The translations under genes were made by a program, and so were the position numbers. Positions 1 through 8,629 of a stretch of 34,535 nt of DNA are shown in pieces. Location of the stretch: positions 1 through 34,535 of the IMG/VR virus record IMGVR_UViG_3300010214_000042; one strand, given 5' to 3'. Each line of letters starts with the position of its first letter. The stretch's first letter is position 1. The DNA comes from a virus (lineage: Duplodnaviria; Caudoviricetes). Below the pieces are notes generated by a model. It made no database searches and was not told the DNA's origin. It saw only the letters and a program-made list of their open reading frames with translations.

Positions 1-200
1 GATTTTTCCTAAGAGGGATGAGGACCGTGCAGATTGACTAACAACCCGCACCGTGTTGCGCAAAGTCACAGTGCGCGCACGCCCGGGATCGCCTGGGACA
101 TGCGGCACCACAAATTTCCAGAGCCTGCCCCGGTCATTGGCACCCGCGTCTGGCGCCGGGCATTTGTTCAAATCAGGAACAGGCGAAGCCGACCATTATA
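1..200 (-). promoter_or_regulatory. Host promoter and long 5' leader of a gene starting just left of the window
   Basis: Perfect TATAAT on the minus strand at 195-200 and AGGA (RBS) at 7-10, six nt from the window edge. Lies outside the att site. A tRNA-Leu upstream of tig-clpP-clpX is a layout I recall for Burkholderiales, but the gene itself is not visible. Confidence 0.55.
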
Positions 201-283
201 ACGAGGCGCCGCGCAGGCTCCGCCATCGCCCTACAGGGGTTTGCCTTAAAAGCTGACACCGCAGCTGCACAGCAGGGGCCGGG

Positions 284-321
284 AAAAGAAAAAGCCCGTA
301 ACGGCTTGGGGTTACGGGCTT
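284..321 (-). terminator. Rho-independent terminator downstream of the tRNA 3' end
   Basis: 11-bp perfect stem AAGCCCGTAAC (292-302)/GTTACGGGCTT (311-321), 8-nt loop, U-rich tail on the minus strand (284-291), 23 nt beyond the tRNA CCA. Confidence 0.85.
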
Positions 322-344
322 GGGCAGCAGAGAGTGCCTGTATC

Positions 345-366
345 TGGTGCGCGGAGCCGGACTCGA
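345..366 (-). other. Prophage att junction: duplicated 3' end of a tRNA (probably tRNA-Leu), not a complete tRNA
   Basis: Minus strand reads TCGAGTCCGGCTCCGCGCACCA = T-loop remainder, T-stem, acceptor stem, discriminator A, CCA. Similarity to a tRNA stops abruptly 5' of the T-loop. Confidence 0.88.
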
Positions 367-377
367 CACGCATTCAA

Positions 378-416
378 AATCAACAGCTTAGCCCTTTGGT
401 GCGGGAACTGTGCGGG
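378..416 (+). promoter_or_regulatory. IHF site plus tandem integrase arm-type repeats
   Basis: AATCAACAGCTTA (378-390) matches the IHF consensus WATCAANNNNTTR exactly; GTGCGGG direct repeats at 399-405 and 410-416 (11-bp period), adjacent to the att core. Confidence 0.7.
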
Positions 417-519
417 CAGCCATCCTACCTTCTGTATCCAATCATATCAGGCCGAATGCTGGCGAAGCCTGCATACAGGGCGGCAACGCGCGCCAGCGCA
501 GTGGTGGCGGCATAACTTT

Positions 520-610
520 CTCGTAATTTCCCGTAATTAAAAGCAGCGCCTTAATTACGCACAGCGCTAATACTGGCTTCATTTCCGGGCCTCCGACCGG
601 CTCGTAATTT
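520..610. repeat. CGTAATT repeat cluster left of cos
   Basis: CGTAATT at 522-528, 532-538, 603-609 and inverted at 553-559; CTCGTAATTT occurs at both 520-529 and 601-610. Confidence 0.75.
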
Positions 611-619
611 GCGACCCAC

Positions 620-655
620 GAAGCGGGCGGGCGCGGCGGGGGCGTCATGGCGCGC
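620..655 (+). other. cos site (predicted 19-nt cohesive end 630-648)
   Basis: GAAGCGGGCG|GGCGCGGCGGGGGCGTCAT|GGCGCGC aligns with the P2 cos as I recall it (AAAGCGGGCG|GGCGAGGCGGGGAAAGCAC|TGCGCGC); located just downstream of the portal gene, as in P2. Confidence 0.85.
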
Positions 656-786
656 CACGGGGTTGAGGGGCGGTGTTTGGCCTCGGGCCGAGAGGGCGCC
701 ATCGGACGACAATAGGCCAGGAAAGGGGCAGGGCGAGCCTGTGGGGCGAGAAAATGGAAAGTCCAGGCCAGCCGGAGGGCGGACGC

Positions 787-810
787 AAAAAAGGGCGCAT
801 AGCGCGCCCT
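787..810 (-). terminator. Terminator of the P-Q operon
   Basis: AGGGCGC/GCGCCCT stem with a T run on the minus strand, 23 nt after the Q stop. Confidence 0.8.
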
Positions 811-833
811 GATCGTTTTTAGCATTGAGCGCC

Positions 834-1865
834 CTACTCGGCGCTGCCCCCTGGCTGGTGCGGCTGGAATCTCACCACTTCCGCCCCTGCCCACTCGTTG
901 AAGGATTCAAACAGCCCCTGCAGCGGGACAATCTCATTGCTGATGAACACGTCCAGCGTTTCACCGGCCTTGCCGAAGCCGCCCGCGTTATTCGGAATGA
1001 TGCCCAACAACCCAGGCGGCACGCGATGCGCTGCCAGCACATCTTCCTTGCTGGCATTCTTGATGGCGCTGAAATCATCCTTGGCTGCAATCTCGCTGAC
1101 GGGAATCAACTTGAGGCCTTCGGGCTTGCCTCCTGGGGCATGGACAAACAAATTGCGGAAGTTGCCCGGCCCCTTGGACTTGCGCAGCTGCTCGCGCAGC
1201 TTATCCACATCACCATTGCTCACAGTGCTATCGCTCAGGTACATGATGAAACCGGCATGGCTGCCGTTCTCGTAGTAGCGGCGCCGGAATATCGTGGCCG
1301 ACTCATTGAGCAACGCAGACTGCAGCGCGCTCAGATACTCGGGCAGTCCGTACAGCTCCTGATTAATGTCTGGCTCGCGCAGATGGAAGACAGAGCCAAG
1401 CACAAACTCATGTTCTTCACGCCAGTTAGGCACATAGAAATAGCGCTGCTCCTGGCCCCGGCGCATGTAACGGCTCAGCGAATGCTCATAGCGCATAGTG
1501 CGGCCAGACAATGCGCGGCGGGCTTCGAGATAGCCATTGCCAAAGACAAGGAAGTCCGTGGACCATGCTCTGAAGGTTTCGCGCGACATCATCGGATGCG
1601 GGATAAAGCGGGCCGTCAGCAGATTGCGTTTCAGGTAGATGGCAGAACTGTGGTGCGGCGATGCCCGGAAAGCACCGGCCAGCCCTTCCAGCGGATAAGG
1701 CGGCTCATACCAGCGCCCGTTAAACATTGCCTCTACATAGTCCAGCAGCTGTAGGCGGCTGACTGGCTCGGGGTCACCAAAGGTGAAAACCTCGACCTGC
1801 TGGCCCTCGGGCTGTGTGCTGGATGTGGTACCGGCCTGGGCCGCGAGAGCGTGATTCTTCTTCAT
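834..1865 (-). CDS. Q: Portal protein (P2 gpQ family)
   Basis: VEVFTFGDPEPV, WYEPP, HHSSAI, QELYGLPEYLSAL, RRRYYENGSHAGFIMY, KGPGNFRNLF, AAHRVPP motifs. Confidence 0.97.
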   Translation of the reverse strand: MKKNHALAAQAGTTSSTQPEGQQVEVFTFGDPEPVSRLQLLDYVEAMFNGRWYEPPYPLEGLAGAFRASPHHSSAIYLKRNLLTARFIPHPMMSRETFRAWSTDFLVFGNGYLEARRALSGRTMRYEHSLSRYMRRGQEQRYFYVPNWREEHEFVLGSVFHLREPDINQELYGLPEYLSALQSALLNESATIFRRRYYENGSHAGFIMYLSDSTVSNGDVDKLREQLRKSKGPGNFRNLFVHAPGGKPEGLKLIPVSEIAAKDDFSAIKNASKEDVLAAHRVPPGLLGIIPNNAGGFGKAGETLDVFISNEIVPLQGLFESFNEWAGAEVVRFQPHQPGGSAE

Positions 1866-3754
1866 TCTGAAAATTCCACTGATGAGTTGCCGCCGTGGAC
1901 ATCCCCGGCGAGTGATTCGTTATCCAATGCGTGCATCACCGCCCAGGCCAGATCCGCGTGGCCGATGTCGTCCGAGCGGCCAGATTGATAGGTCACATGG
2001 CGCTGGCTGGGCGTCAGCACCTTCTTGATGGCCATGAATGCGGCGGCCACATCGGTGCAGTCGGCGTCCATTTCCAGGCGGCCCTTGCTGATGACCTGTT
2101 TGGCCTTGAGCACCAGCCGCGCCTTGAGCGCCAAGTCGTAGTGATAGGCCTTCGCTTGCGGATAGAACTTGATGACGTTCTGATAAACACCCTGGCCCAA
2201 GCCCGTGGTGTCGATGCCCATGAACGTCACGTTGTATTGCAGGGTGATGCTGCGGATGTACTCGGCCTGGGCCTCAAAGTCCGCGCCCCGAAACTGCTGG
2301 CGGTGCAGCAGGCGGAACTTGCCGCCCGGCACCTTGGGCGGCGCAATCACCACCAGGGCGGCCGTATCGCCGGTAAACGAGGGGTCATAGCCCACCCACA
2401 CCGGCTGCCACGCAAACGGGCGCTGCGCCAGTGGCTTGAAGTCGTCGGCCCATGCCTCCCACGAGTCCACCATGCATGCCTGCATCATCTGCAGCGTGAA
2501 CTGCGAATTGCTGTCGTCGATGAACTCGCAGCGGAATAGATTGGCAAACTCGTCGTCCGGGTACTCTTCCAGCAGCTCGGCCAGATCAAACAGATTGCAG
2601 CCCAGGCGCAGCGCGTCATCAATGGTCACGATGTGGCGGAAGCGACCATCAGCACAGCGCAGGCCGTTGGCCAGTGCCTTGTGGCCCAGGTCAATCTGCA
2701 CATGTTTGGTCTTGTCCCGGCCCCGGTTACGGTCCTCGCCGGTCCAGAACGAATAGGCCTCATGACTCTTTGCGGATGGGGTGCTGAAATAGGTCTTGCG
2801 CCAGTGCTTATGCGTGGCCATGGCACTGGCCACCTTGTTGAGCTCCTTGAAATTGCCAGTCCAAAAGAACTCATCGAAATAGAAATCGCCGCTGCGGCCT
2901 TGGGCCGTCTTGGCATTGGTGCCCAAGAAATGCAGCTCGGCGCCATTCCACAGCACCATGGGATCACCGCCCAGGTCTACCCCCACTTCATTGGCAAAAG
3001 CCACCATGTAGTTTTTGAACTGGTGCGCCTGGGCCTTGGATGCGGAAAGAAAAATCTGATTGCGCCCTTCCAACACTGCGCGAATCAAGGCCTCGCGGGC
3101 AAAGTAGTAAGTAGCGCCAATCTGGCGCGACTTGAGCAGAATGCGCGTGCGCTCCTTCTGGGCCTCAAACCACCGGTTCTGATACCCAAAGTTCCCCGCG
3201 TGGAATATCTCGAGCAGTTGCTCTGTCTGTTCTTCCGTGAACTCGTTGCGCTTGGCCTTGCGCTTGGGTGCAGCATTGCGGCGGGCAATGGCGGGGTTTA
3301 GGTCACCTTCCCTGCCTGTTTCTTGGTAGCGCTCTACTCGGGCGGTGCGCTCCAGCTGGCGGCCCAGCAGGTCAATTTCTTTGAAGTCGGAGCCTGTCTT
3401 GGCGTCCTTCATGATGAGCTGCACCATGCGCAGCTCAAGCGCCCCATTCACGCGGTCAAGGGGCTTGAACTTGTCCCACTCTTCCGCATCGCGCCAGCCG
3501 TAAAGCGTGGTGGCTGGAACGCCCAGCTTTTCCGCTATCAGCTTGGGCCGCCAGCCCTGCCAGTACAGATACCGCGCAACCTGCTTGGGCTGCGAACTAT
3601 TGGCGGCAACAGCCGCCTGCAGTGCTACGCCCTGCTCATGCGCCTGCGCCAACACCAGGGCGCCAAAGTCGGCGGCCTGCTGCCCTTCGGCAATGCCTGC
3701 TTCTCCTGCTGCAAACGGGGAGCCATCGTCCCCTGTGGGTTTCTTTCGTGCCAT
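1862..3754 (-). CDS. P: Terminase large (ATPase) subunit, P2 gpP
   Basis: YLYWQGW HTH region, Walker A KSRQIGAT, Walker B FYFDE, VGYDP nuclease motif, HADLAWA. Start set at ATG 3754 from late-promoter geometry; the ORF track's upstream start at 3808 lies inside the activator site. Confidence 0.97.
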   Translation of the reverse strand: MARKKPTGDDGSPFAAGEAGIAEGQQAADFGALVLAQAHEQGVALQAAVAANSSQPKQVARYLYWQGWRPKLIAEKLGVPATTLYGWRDAEEWDKFKPLDRVNGALELRMVQLIMKDAKTGSDFKEIDLLGRQLERTARVERYQETGREGDLNPAIARRNAAPKRKAKRNEFTEEQTEQLLEIFHAGNFGYQNRWFEAQKERTRILLKSRQIGATYYFAREALIRAVLEGRNQIFLSASKAQAHQFKNYMVAFANEVGVDLGGDPMVLWNGAELHFLGTNAKTAQGRSGDFYFDEFFWTGNFKELNKVASAMATHKHWRKTYFSTPSAKSHEAYSFWTGEDRNRGRDKTKHVQIDLGHKALANGLRCADGRFRHIVTIDDALRLGCNLFDLAELLEEYPDDEFANLFRCEFIDDSNSQFTLQMMQACMVDSWEAWADDFKPLAQRPFAWQPVWVGYDPSFTGDTAALVVIAPPKVPGGKFRLLHRQQFRGADFEAQAEYIRSITLQYNVTFMGIDTTGLGQGVYQNVIKFYPQAKAYHYDLALKARLVLKAKQVISKGRLEMDADCTDVAAAFMAIKKVLTPSQRHVTYQSGRSDDIGHADLAWAVMHALDNESLAGDVHGGNSSVEFSE

Positions 3755-3761
3755 GCCGGGC

Positions 3762-3860
3762 AGTTTTCCGCGCGGACGCGAACTAAACCACCGCTCGCAT
3801 ACGTCCACCGCGCCGCCACAACGACACCAGCGTGACGCCGTGAAACCGGGCGGACACCAT
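3762..3860. promoter_or_regulatory. Divergent late promoters pP/pO sharing one Ogr-type activator site
   Basis: CGT(3802)-N13-ACA(3820)ACG; -10-like CACCAT (3855-3860, +) and AAAACT (3762-3767, -), each exactly 34 nt from the site. Confidence 0.8.
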
Positions 3861-3922
3861 GAGAACTCACAGCGAACTCACCGCCGGACACCGGCAAACC
3901 CATCAGCGAGGCTCATCCACTC

Positions 3923-4747
3923 ATGTCCAAGAAATCCCGCTTCTTCCGCGTCGCCGTCGAAGGCGCCACCTCTGACGGTCGCACCATTGACCGTGACTGG
4001 CTGCTGCAGATTGCCAAGCACTACAACCCCAAGGTGTACGGCGCCCGCGTCAACATGGAGCACATCCGTGGCTATGGCCCGAACAGCGACTTCCGCGCCT
4101 ATGGCGATGTGCTGGCCGTCAAGACCGAAGAGGTGGACATCGGCGGCCAGAAAAAGCTGGCTCTGCTCGCTCAGATCGATGCCACCGATGAACTGGTCGA
4201 GCTCAACAAGCGCCGCCAGAAGCTCTACACCTCTATCGAGGTGCGCCCCAGCTTTGCCGATACCGGCGAAGCCTATCTGGTCGGTCTGGCCGTCACCGAC
4301 AACCCCGCCAGCCTGGGCACTGAAATGCTGGAGTTCGCCGCAAAGAACCCGGACGCCAACCCCTTCAAGCAGCGCAAGGAACAACCCGACGATGTGTTTT
4401 CCGTGGCCGAGCCGCTGGCTCTGGAGCTGGAAGACGAAAGCGCCGGCATCGTGGCCAGCTTCAAGGCCAGCATTGCCGCTGCCGTGGCCAAGTTCACCGG
4501 CAAGGAAGTCACCGATGACGCCCGTTTTGCAGCTGTGGCTGAGGGCTTTGGCCAGCTGGGCGACAACTTCTCCAAGCATGTCCAGGCCTCCGAAGCCTCT
4601 CAGGCCAAGACCGACCAATCGCTGCAGGCCATGAGCGCGGACATCGACAAGCTCAAGCAGCAATTCGCCAAGCTGGACAACACCGAAGCCCCCAACCGTC
4701 GCCCTGTGGCCAGCGGTGGCAACGGCCAGCAACAAGCCGACTACTAA
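3923..4747 (+). CDS. O: Capsid scaffolding protein/protease, P2 gpO
   Basis: FRVAVEGATSDGRTI, YNPKVYGARVNMEH, KLYTSIE, YLVGLAVTDNPASLGTE. Confidence 0.97.
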   Translation: MSKKSRFFRVAVEGATSDGRTIDRDWLLQIAKHYNPKVYGARVNMEHIRGYGPNSDFRAYGDVLAVKTEEVDIGGQKKLALLAQIDATDELVELNKRRQKLYTSIEVRPSFADTGEAYLVGLAVTDNPASLGTEMLEFAAKNPDANPFKQRKEQPDDVFSVAEPLALELEDESAGIVASFKASIAAAVAKFTGKEVTDDARFAAVAEGFGQLGDNFSKHVQASEASQAKTDQSLQAMSADIDKLKQQFAKLDNTEAPNRRPVASGGNGQQQADY

Positions 4748-4787
4748 GCCACCCCGCCCCATTCCGTCCCACTTCAAGGAACCTTTC

Positions 4788-5801
4788 ATGCGCAACGACA
4801 GCCGCCAAAGCTATAACCAATACCTCGCCCGCGTGGCCCAACTCAACGGCGTCAATGTCTCCGACACAGACAAAGCCTTTGCCGTCGCTCCCAGCATCCA
4901 GCAGAAGCTGGAGGATGCGGTACAGGAGTCCAGTGCCTTTCTGACAAAAATCAACATCATCCCCGTGGATGAAATGCAGGGCGAAAAGCTCGGCCTGTCT
5001 CTGTCTGGCCCCATTGCCAGCCGCACCAACACCGCTAACAAGGACCGCCAGACGCGCGACCTGACCGACATCGGCGCACGCGGCTTCCAGTGCCAGCAAA
5101 CCAACTATGACTCGCATCTGGGATACGCCAAGATCGACTCTTGGGCGAAGTTTTCCGACTTCCAGGTCCGTGTGGCACGCATGCTGGCCCAGCGTCAAGC
5201 GCTGGACCGCATGTGCATCGGCTTCAACGGTGTTGCCGTCGCACCGGACACAGACCTTGCGTCCAACCCCTTGCTGCAGGATGTGAACAAGGGCTGGCTG
5301 CAGAAGATGCGTGAAGAAGCGTCCGAGCGCGTCATGAACGAGGGCAAGGTGGCGGGCAAAGTGGTCGTCGGCCCTACTGGCGACTTCAAGAATCTGGACG
5401 CCGCGGTCTTTGATGCCCGCCAGTTGCTGGACCCCTGGCACCGCAACAACCCCAACCTTGTCTGCATCCTGGGTGCCAAGCTGCTGCACGATAAGTATTT
5501 CCCACTGGTCAACACCACCCAGGCGCCCAGCGAAACCCTGGCGGCGGACATCATCATCAGCCAAAAGCGTGTGGGCGGTCTGCAGGCCGTGCAAGTGCCG
5601 TTCTTCCCCGAGAACGGACTGTTCATCACCACGCTGGACAACCTCTCTGTGTACTGGCAGCGCGGTGGCCGTCGCCGCTACATCGTGGAGAACCCCAGGC
5701 GCAACCGCGTGGAGGATTACCAGTCCAGCAATGACGCCTATGTGGTGGAGGACGTTGGCCAAGCCGCCGTGGTCGAAAACATCGAAATCGTCGAGGCCTA
5801 A
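4788..5801 (+). CDS. N: Major capsid protein, P2 gpN
   Basis: ALDRMCIGFNG, NPLLQDVNKGWLQKMR, TTLDNLSVYWQ, YQSSNDAYVVED; AAGGA RBS before ATG 4788. Confidence 0.97.
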   Translation: MRNDSRQSYNQYLARVAQLNGVNVSDTDKAFAVAPSIQQKLEDAVQESSAFLTKINIIPVDEMQGEKLGLSLSGPIASRTNTANKDRQTRDLTDIGARGFQCQQTNYDSHLGYAKIDSWAKFSDFQVRVARMLAQRQALDRMCIGFNGVAVAPDTDLASNPLLQDVNKGWLQKMREEASERVMNEGKVAGKVVVGPTGDFKNLDAAVFDARQLLDPWHRNNPNLVCILGAKLLHDKYFPLVNTTQAPSETLAADIIISQKRVGGLQAVQVPFFPENGLFITTLDNLSVYWQRGGRRRYIVENPRRNRVEDYQSSNDAYVVEDVGQAAVVENIEIVEA

Positions 5802-5810
5802 GCCCAGCCG

Positions 5811-5846
5811 GGCCGCCGTCAGTCCGCATCAGGCGGCGGCCTTTCT
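5811..5846 (+). terminator. Weak terminator/attenuator hairpin after N
   Basis: GGCCGCCGTC (5811-5820) pairs with GGCGGCGGCC (5832-5841, one G-U), followed by TTTCT. Confidence 0.5.
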
Positions 5847-5869
5847 CCGCAACTACCGGAAAACGCATC

Positions 5870-6742
5870 ATGCAACTCACCCCCGCACAGCGTCACCGCG
5901 CCCGCGTGCTGGCTGCGAAGGCCCAGGCCGAAAGTCCATTCGGCATCGAGGTCCAGGGCAGCGAATACGAGCTGATGATGGCCAAGCTGGCCACCGACAA
6001 GCGCACGCTCAAAAACATGGAATCGGTGCAGCTCAAGCGCAAAGCCAAGGCCGCCATGCTGCCGGATTACCTGCCCTGGATCGAAGGTGCATTGGCCAAT
6101 GGCCAGGGCGCAAAGGATTTTGTTTTCACCACCACCATGGTCTGGGCCATTGACGCCGGGGCTTACGGCCTGGCATTGCGCATGGCCGCCTATGCCGTGC
6201 AGCACAACTTGCCCCTGCCTGACCAATACCACCGCAGCACCGCCGCCCTGCTAATGGATGAATTCGCGGGCGCCTACCTGGGCGGCCAGTGGAACCCCAT
6301 CAAGCCAGACCCCAGCGGCATGGTGACGGATGACACCCACCCGGCTGAGCACCTGACCGCTGTGGACGGCATCACCCAGGGCATGGACGCCCCAGACCAA
6401 GCCCGCGCCAAGCTCTACAAGGCCACGGCCTATGCCATGTTGGGCAAGGTCCAGACCGGCGAAGACCTGCAGCTTGATGACATCCCCCAGGAAACCCTGG
6501 GCGTCGTCCAGGCGCTACTGGCCCAGGCTCTGCAGCTGGACGCGCAAAGCGGCGTCAAAAAGGACATGGAACGTATTGAACGCAAGTTGCGCGCCCTGGC
6601 GGCACCAGCCGAAAAGGCCGCCACAGAGGCCGCTACAGAAGCGCCCACGCCTGCGCCTGCAGCAGCACCGGCACCGGCAGCTGCCACGGCGCAGCGCAAG
6701 CGGCCTGCCCCCGTCAAGACCGCAGCCAAGGGCAAGCGTTAA
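5870..6742 (+). CDS. M: Terminase small subunit, P2 gpM
   Basis: TPAQRHR start, LPDYLPWIEG, MVWAIDAG, DAPDQARAKLYKA, GVKKDMERIER; position between N and L. Confidence 0.93.
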   Translation: MQLTPAQRHRARVLAAKAQAESPFGIEVQGSEYELMMAKLATDKRTLKNMESVQLKRKAKAAMLPDYLPWIEGALANGQGAKDFVFTTTMVWAIDAGAYGLALRMAAYAVQHNLPLPDQYHRSTAALLMDEFAGAYLGGQWNPIKPDPSGMVTDDTHPAEHLTAVDGITQGMDAPDQARAKLYKATAYAMLGKVQTGEDLQLDDIPQETLGVVQALLAQALQLDAQSGVKKDMERIERKLRALAAPAEKAATEAATEAPTPAPAAAPAPAAATAQRKRPAPVKTAAKGKR

Positions 6743-6766
6743 CCCACCGAGCATGGCCCCCGTGCC

Positions 6767-6827
6767 GGGCGGCTCGCAGGGCTGCGCGAAGGCTTCGGCC
6801 TCTCGCAAAGCCCTGCGACCACCGCCC
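6767..6827 (+). other. Long bulged RNA hairpin in the M-L intergenic region
   Basis: Stacked stems GGGCGG/CCGCCC, TCGCAGGGCT/AGCCCTGCGA, GCGA/TCGC, AGGC/GCCT closed by a C(UUCG)G tetraloop. Confidence 0.75.
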
Positions 6828-6856
6828 ACCACGATGGCCCCAACCAGTGAAGCACC

Positions 6857-7348
6857 ATGAACATGATTGCCAATGCGCCGCCCATCATCGTGACTGACCC
6901 GCCCGGCAAGCCGCCCATTACCGGCGTGCTGGACGCTGGCAGCTTCTGGCCCCATATCGACCTTGCCAAGCTGCGCGACAGCGTGGACGTGGACGGCTCA
7001 GTGACTGCCGCCCGCCTCACCCATGCAGCCGCCAACGCCCTGGCCAGCGTCATAAAGGATCTGAGCGAATGGGCAGACACCCAGACCGCCGCCGGGTTCG
7101 CTGCGCTTTCCTCTGTCCCGGCCATTGCCATCAATGGCACAAGCGTCAAAGTGCTGTGCTTTGAGCGTGCTGTCTACGCCTACACCAAGGCCGACCTGAT
7201 CGAGCGCTATGCGGGCGCCGACGCCACGGGCCGCACCACGCCCGGTGACGCGCGGCGCGAGCTGCAGGACAGCGATTACCGCGCGGACGCCCTAAGCGCC
7301 GTGCGCGACATCCTGGGCGTAGCCCGCATGGAATCGGAGCTGATCTAG
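6857..7348 (+). CDS. L: Head completion/stabilization protein, P2 gpL
   Basis: FWPHIDL, DGSVTAARL, FERAVYAYTKADLIERY, terminal ELI; gene order. Confidence 0.93.
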   Translation: MNMIANAPPIIVTDPPGKPPITGVLDAGSFWPHIDLAKLRDSVDVDGSVTAARLTHAAANALASVIKDLSEWADTQTAAGFAALSSVPAIAINGTSVKVLCFERAVYAYTKADLIERYAGADATGRTTPGDARRELQDSDYRADALSAVRDILGVARMESELI

Positions 7349-7350
7349 CC

Positions 7351-7563
7351 ATGACCATCACCGTCCAGGCGCAGCAAGACGACACCGTGGACATGCTTTG
7401 TCTACGCCACCTGGGCACCACTGCAGGGGTGACAGAAGCCACCTATGCATTGAACCCAGGCCTTGCCGCGCTTGGTCCCGTTCTGCCCCTGGGTCGGCGG
7501 GTCATCCTGCCCGACCCGCCCACCGCCCCCACCGCACCGAAAACCATTTCCCTGTGGGACTGA
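7351..7563 (+). CDS. X: Tail protein X (LysM-like)
   Basis: AQQDDTVDMLCLRHLG...NPGLAALGPVLPLG...ISLWD. Confidence 0.95.
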   Translation: MTITVQAQQDDTVDMLCLRHLGTTAGVTEATYALNPGLAALGPVLPLGRRVILPDPPTAPTAPKTISLWD

Positions 7564-7592
7564 CACCTGCTCAACCAAACCACCTCACTGCC

Positions 7593-8057
7593 ATGTCTGA
7601 ACCCACCTCTGCTGTCGGCACCTTCGCGGGCTACAAACTCGCCCTCTTCTCCCTGCCGGTCCTTGCCAGCCTGATTGCCTTCTGGCTGGGCCTGCGTTTC
7701 GTGCCGCTTCGCAGCACCGACCCGCGCGGCGACCTGCTCAACCGCGTCCTGGCCTGCTTGGTCAGCGGCTTTGTGCTGGGCGTGCCTGCGCTGGTGCTGC
7801 TCATGCAGCACTGGCCGGGCGTCTTTGAGGCTGGGATGCGTCTGGCCACCATGGCCGCCGTGCCGTCCATTGCGGGCTTTTTCATCATCACGGGCTGCGT
7901 GCTGGTGGTCTGCTCCATCCCTGGCCCGTGGATCGTGGCGGGCGTCTTCCTCTGGCTCAAGCGCAGCGAAGGCCAGACCATCACCGAAATGGCAGACCAG
8001 CTGCGTGGTGACATTGCGGGCCATGGCGCTGCAGGCCGCAAGGGAGGTGCCGAATGA
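7593..8057 (+). CDS. Putative holin (154 aa, 3-4 hydrophobic segments)
   Basis: Between X and the endolysin; multiple TM segments and a charged C-terminus; stop overlaps the endolysin start (ATGA). Confidence 0.7.
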   Translation: MSEPTSAVGTFAGYKLALFSLPVLASLIAFWLGLRFVPLRSTDPRGDLLNRVLACLVSGFVLGVPALVLLMQHWPGVFEAGMRLATMAAVPSIAGFFIITGCVLVVCSIPGPWIVAGVFLWLKRSEGQTITEMADQLRGDIAGHGAAGRKGGAE

Positions 8058-8629
8058 GCGCCGTTACCTACATCAATGAATTAATCGAGCGCGAGGGCGG
8101 CTACGTCAACGACCCCAAGGACTCGGGCGGCGAAACCAAATTCGGCATCACCGTAGCCACGGCGCGCGCCTATGGCTACACCGGCCCCATGCGGGACCTG
8201 CCTCATGCCACAGCGCAAAGCATCTACCTGCGCCGCTACTGGGTGGAGCCTAAGTTTCATCTGGTCGATGAGGTCTATCCGGCTCTAGCGGAATGCCTGC
8301 TGGACTTCGGAGTCCTGGCTGGCCAGAAGACCGCCGCAGCTCAGTTGCAGCGGGCGCTGAATGTGCTCAACCGACAGCAGGCCGACTATGACGATCTGGA
8401 AGATGATGGCCGAATCGGCACCATCACCCTGGCGGCCCTGCGTGCCTTCCTCAAGAAGCGCGGGCGTGAAGGCGGCGGCGTGCTCTTTGGCATGGTCGTT
8501 GCCCGCCAGTCCGTGTACCTGCAGGAGCTTGCCGAGCGCCGGCCCAAAGATGAGGCCTTTCAATACGGCTGGCAGCTCAATCGCGCCCTGGGTGAATTCC
8601 TGGGCGGCAAACCATTCCTGCCAGCATGA
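8054..8629 (+). CDS. Endolysin, glycoside hydrolase family 108 with peptidoglycan-binding domain
   Basis: EGGYVNDPKDSGGETKFGIT catalytic motif; LQRALN...DGRIGTITL; F.YGW..R C-terminus. Confidence 0.93.
   Translation: MSAVTYINELIEREGGYVNDPKDSGGETKFGITVATARAYGYTGPMRDLPHATAQSIYLRRYWVEPKFHLVDEVYPALAECLLDFGVLAGQKTAAAQLQRALNVLNRQQADYDDLEDDGRIGTITLAALRAFLKKRGREGGGVLFGMVVARQSVYLQELAERRPKDEAFQYGWQLNRALGEFLGGKPFLPA

Noticed and set aside
1-190. Host leader as a named riboswitch or ncRNA
   Set aside because: GC-rich pairing is possible, but I recognise no family motif; an Rfam search would be needed.
345-440. Complete tRNA gene
   Set aside because: Only the last 22 nt are tRNA-like; no T-stem 5' strand, anticodon arm or D arm. 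Treated as an att duplication.
53-894. Short ORFs in the att/cos region (53-256, 173-373, 306-515, 442-894, 609-812)
   Set aside because: They cross the att, cos or terminator signals and lack convincing RBSs or protein-like composition.
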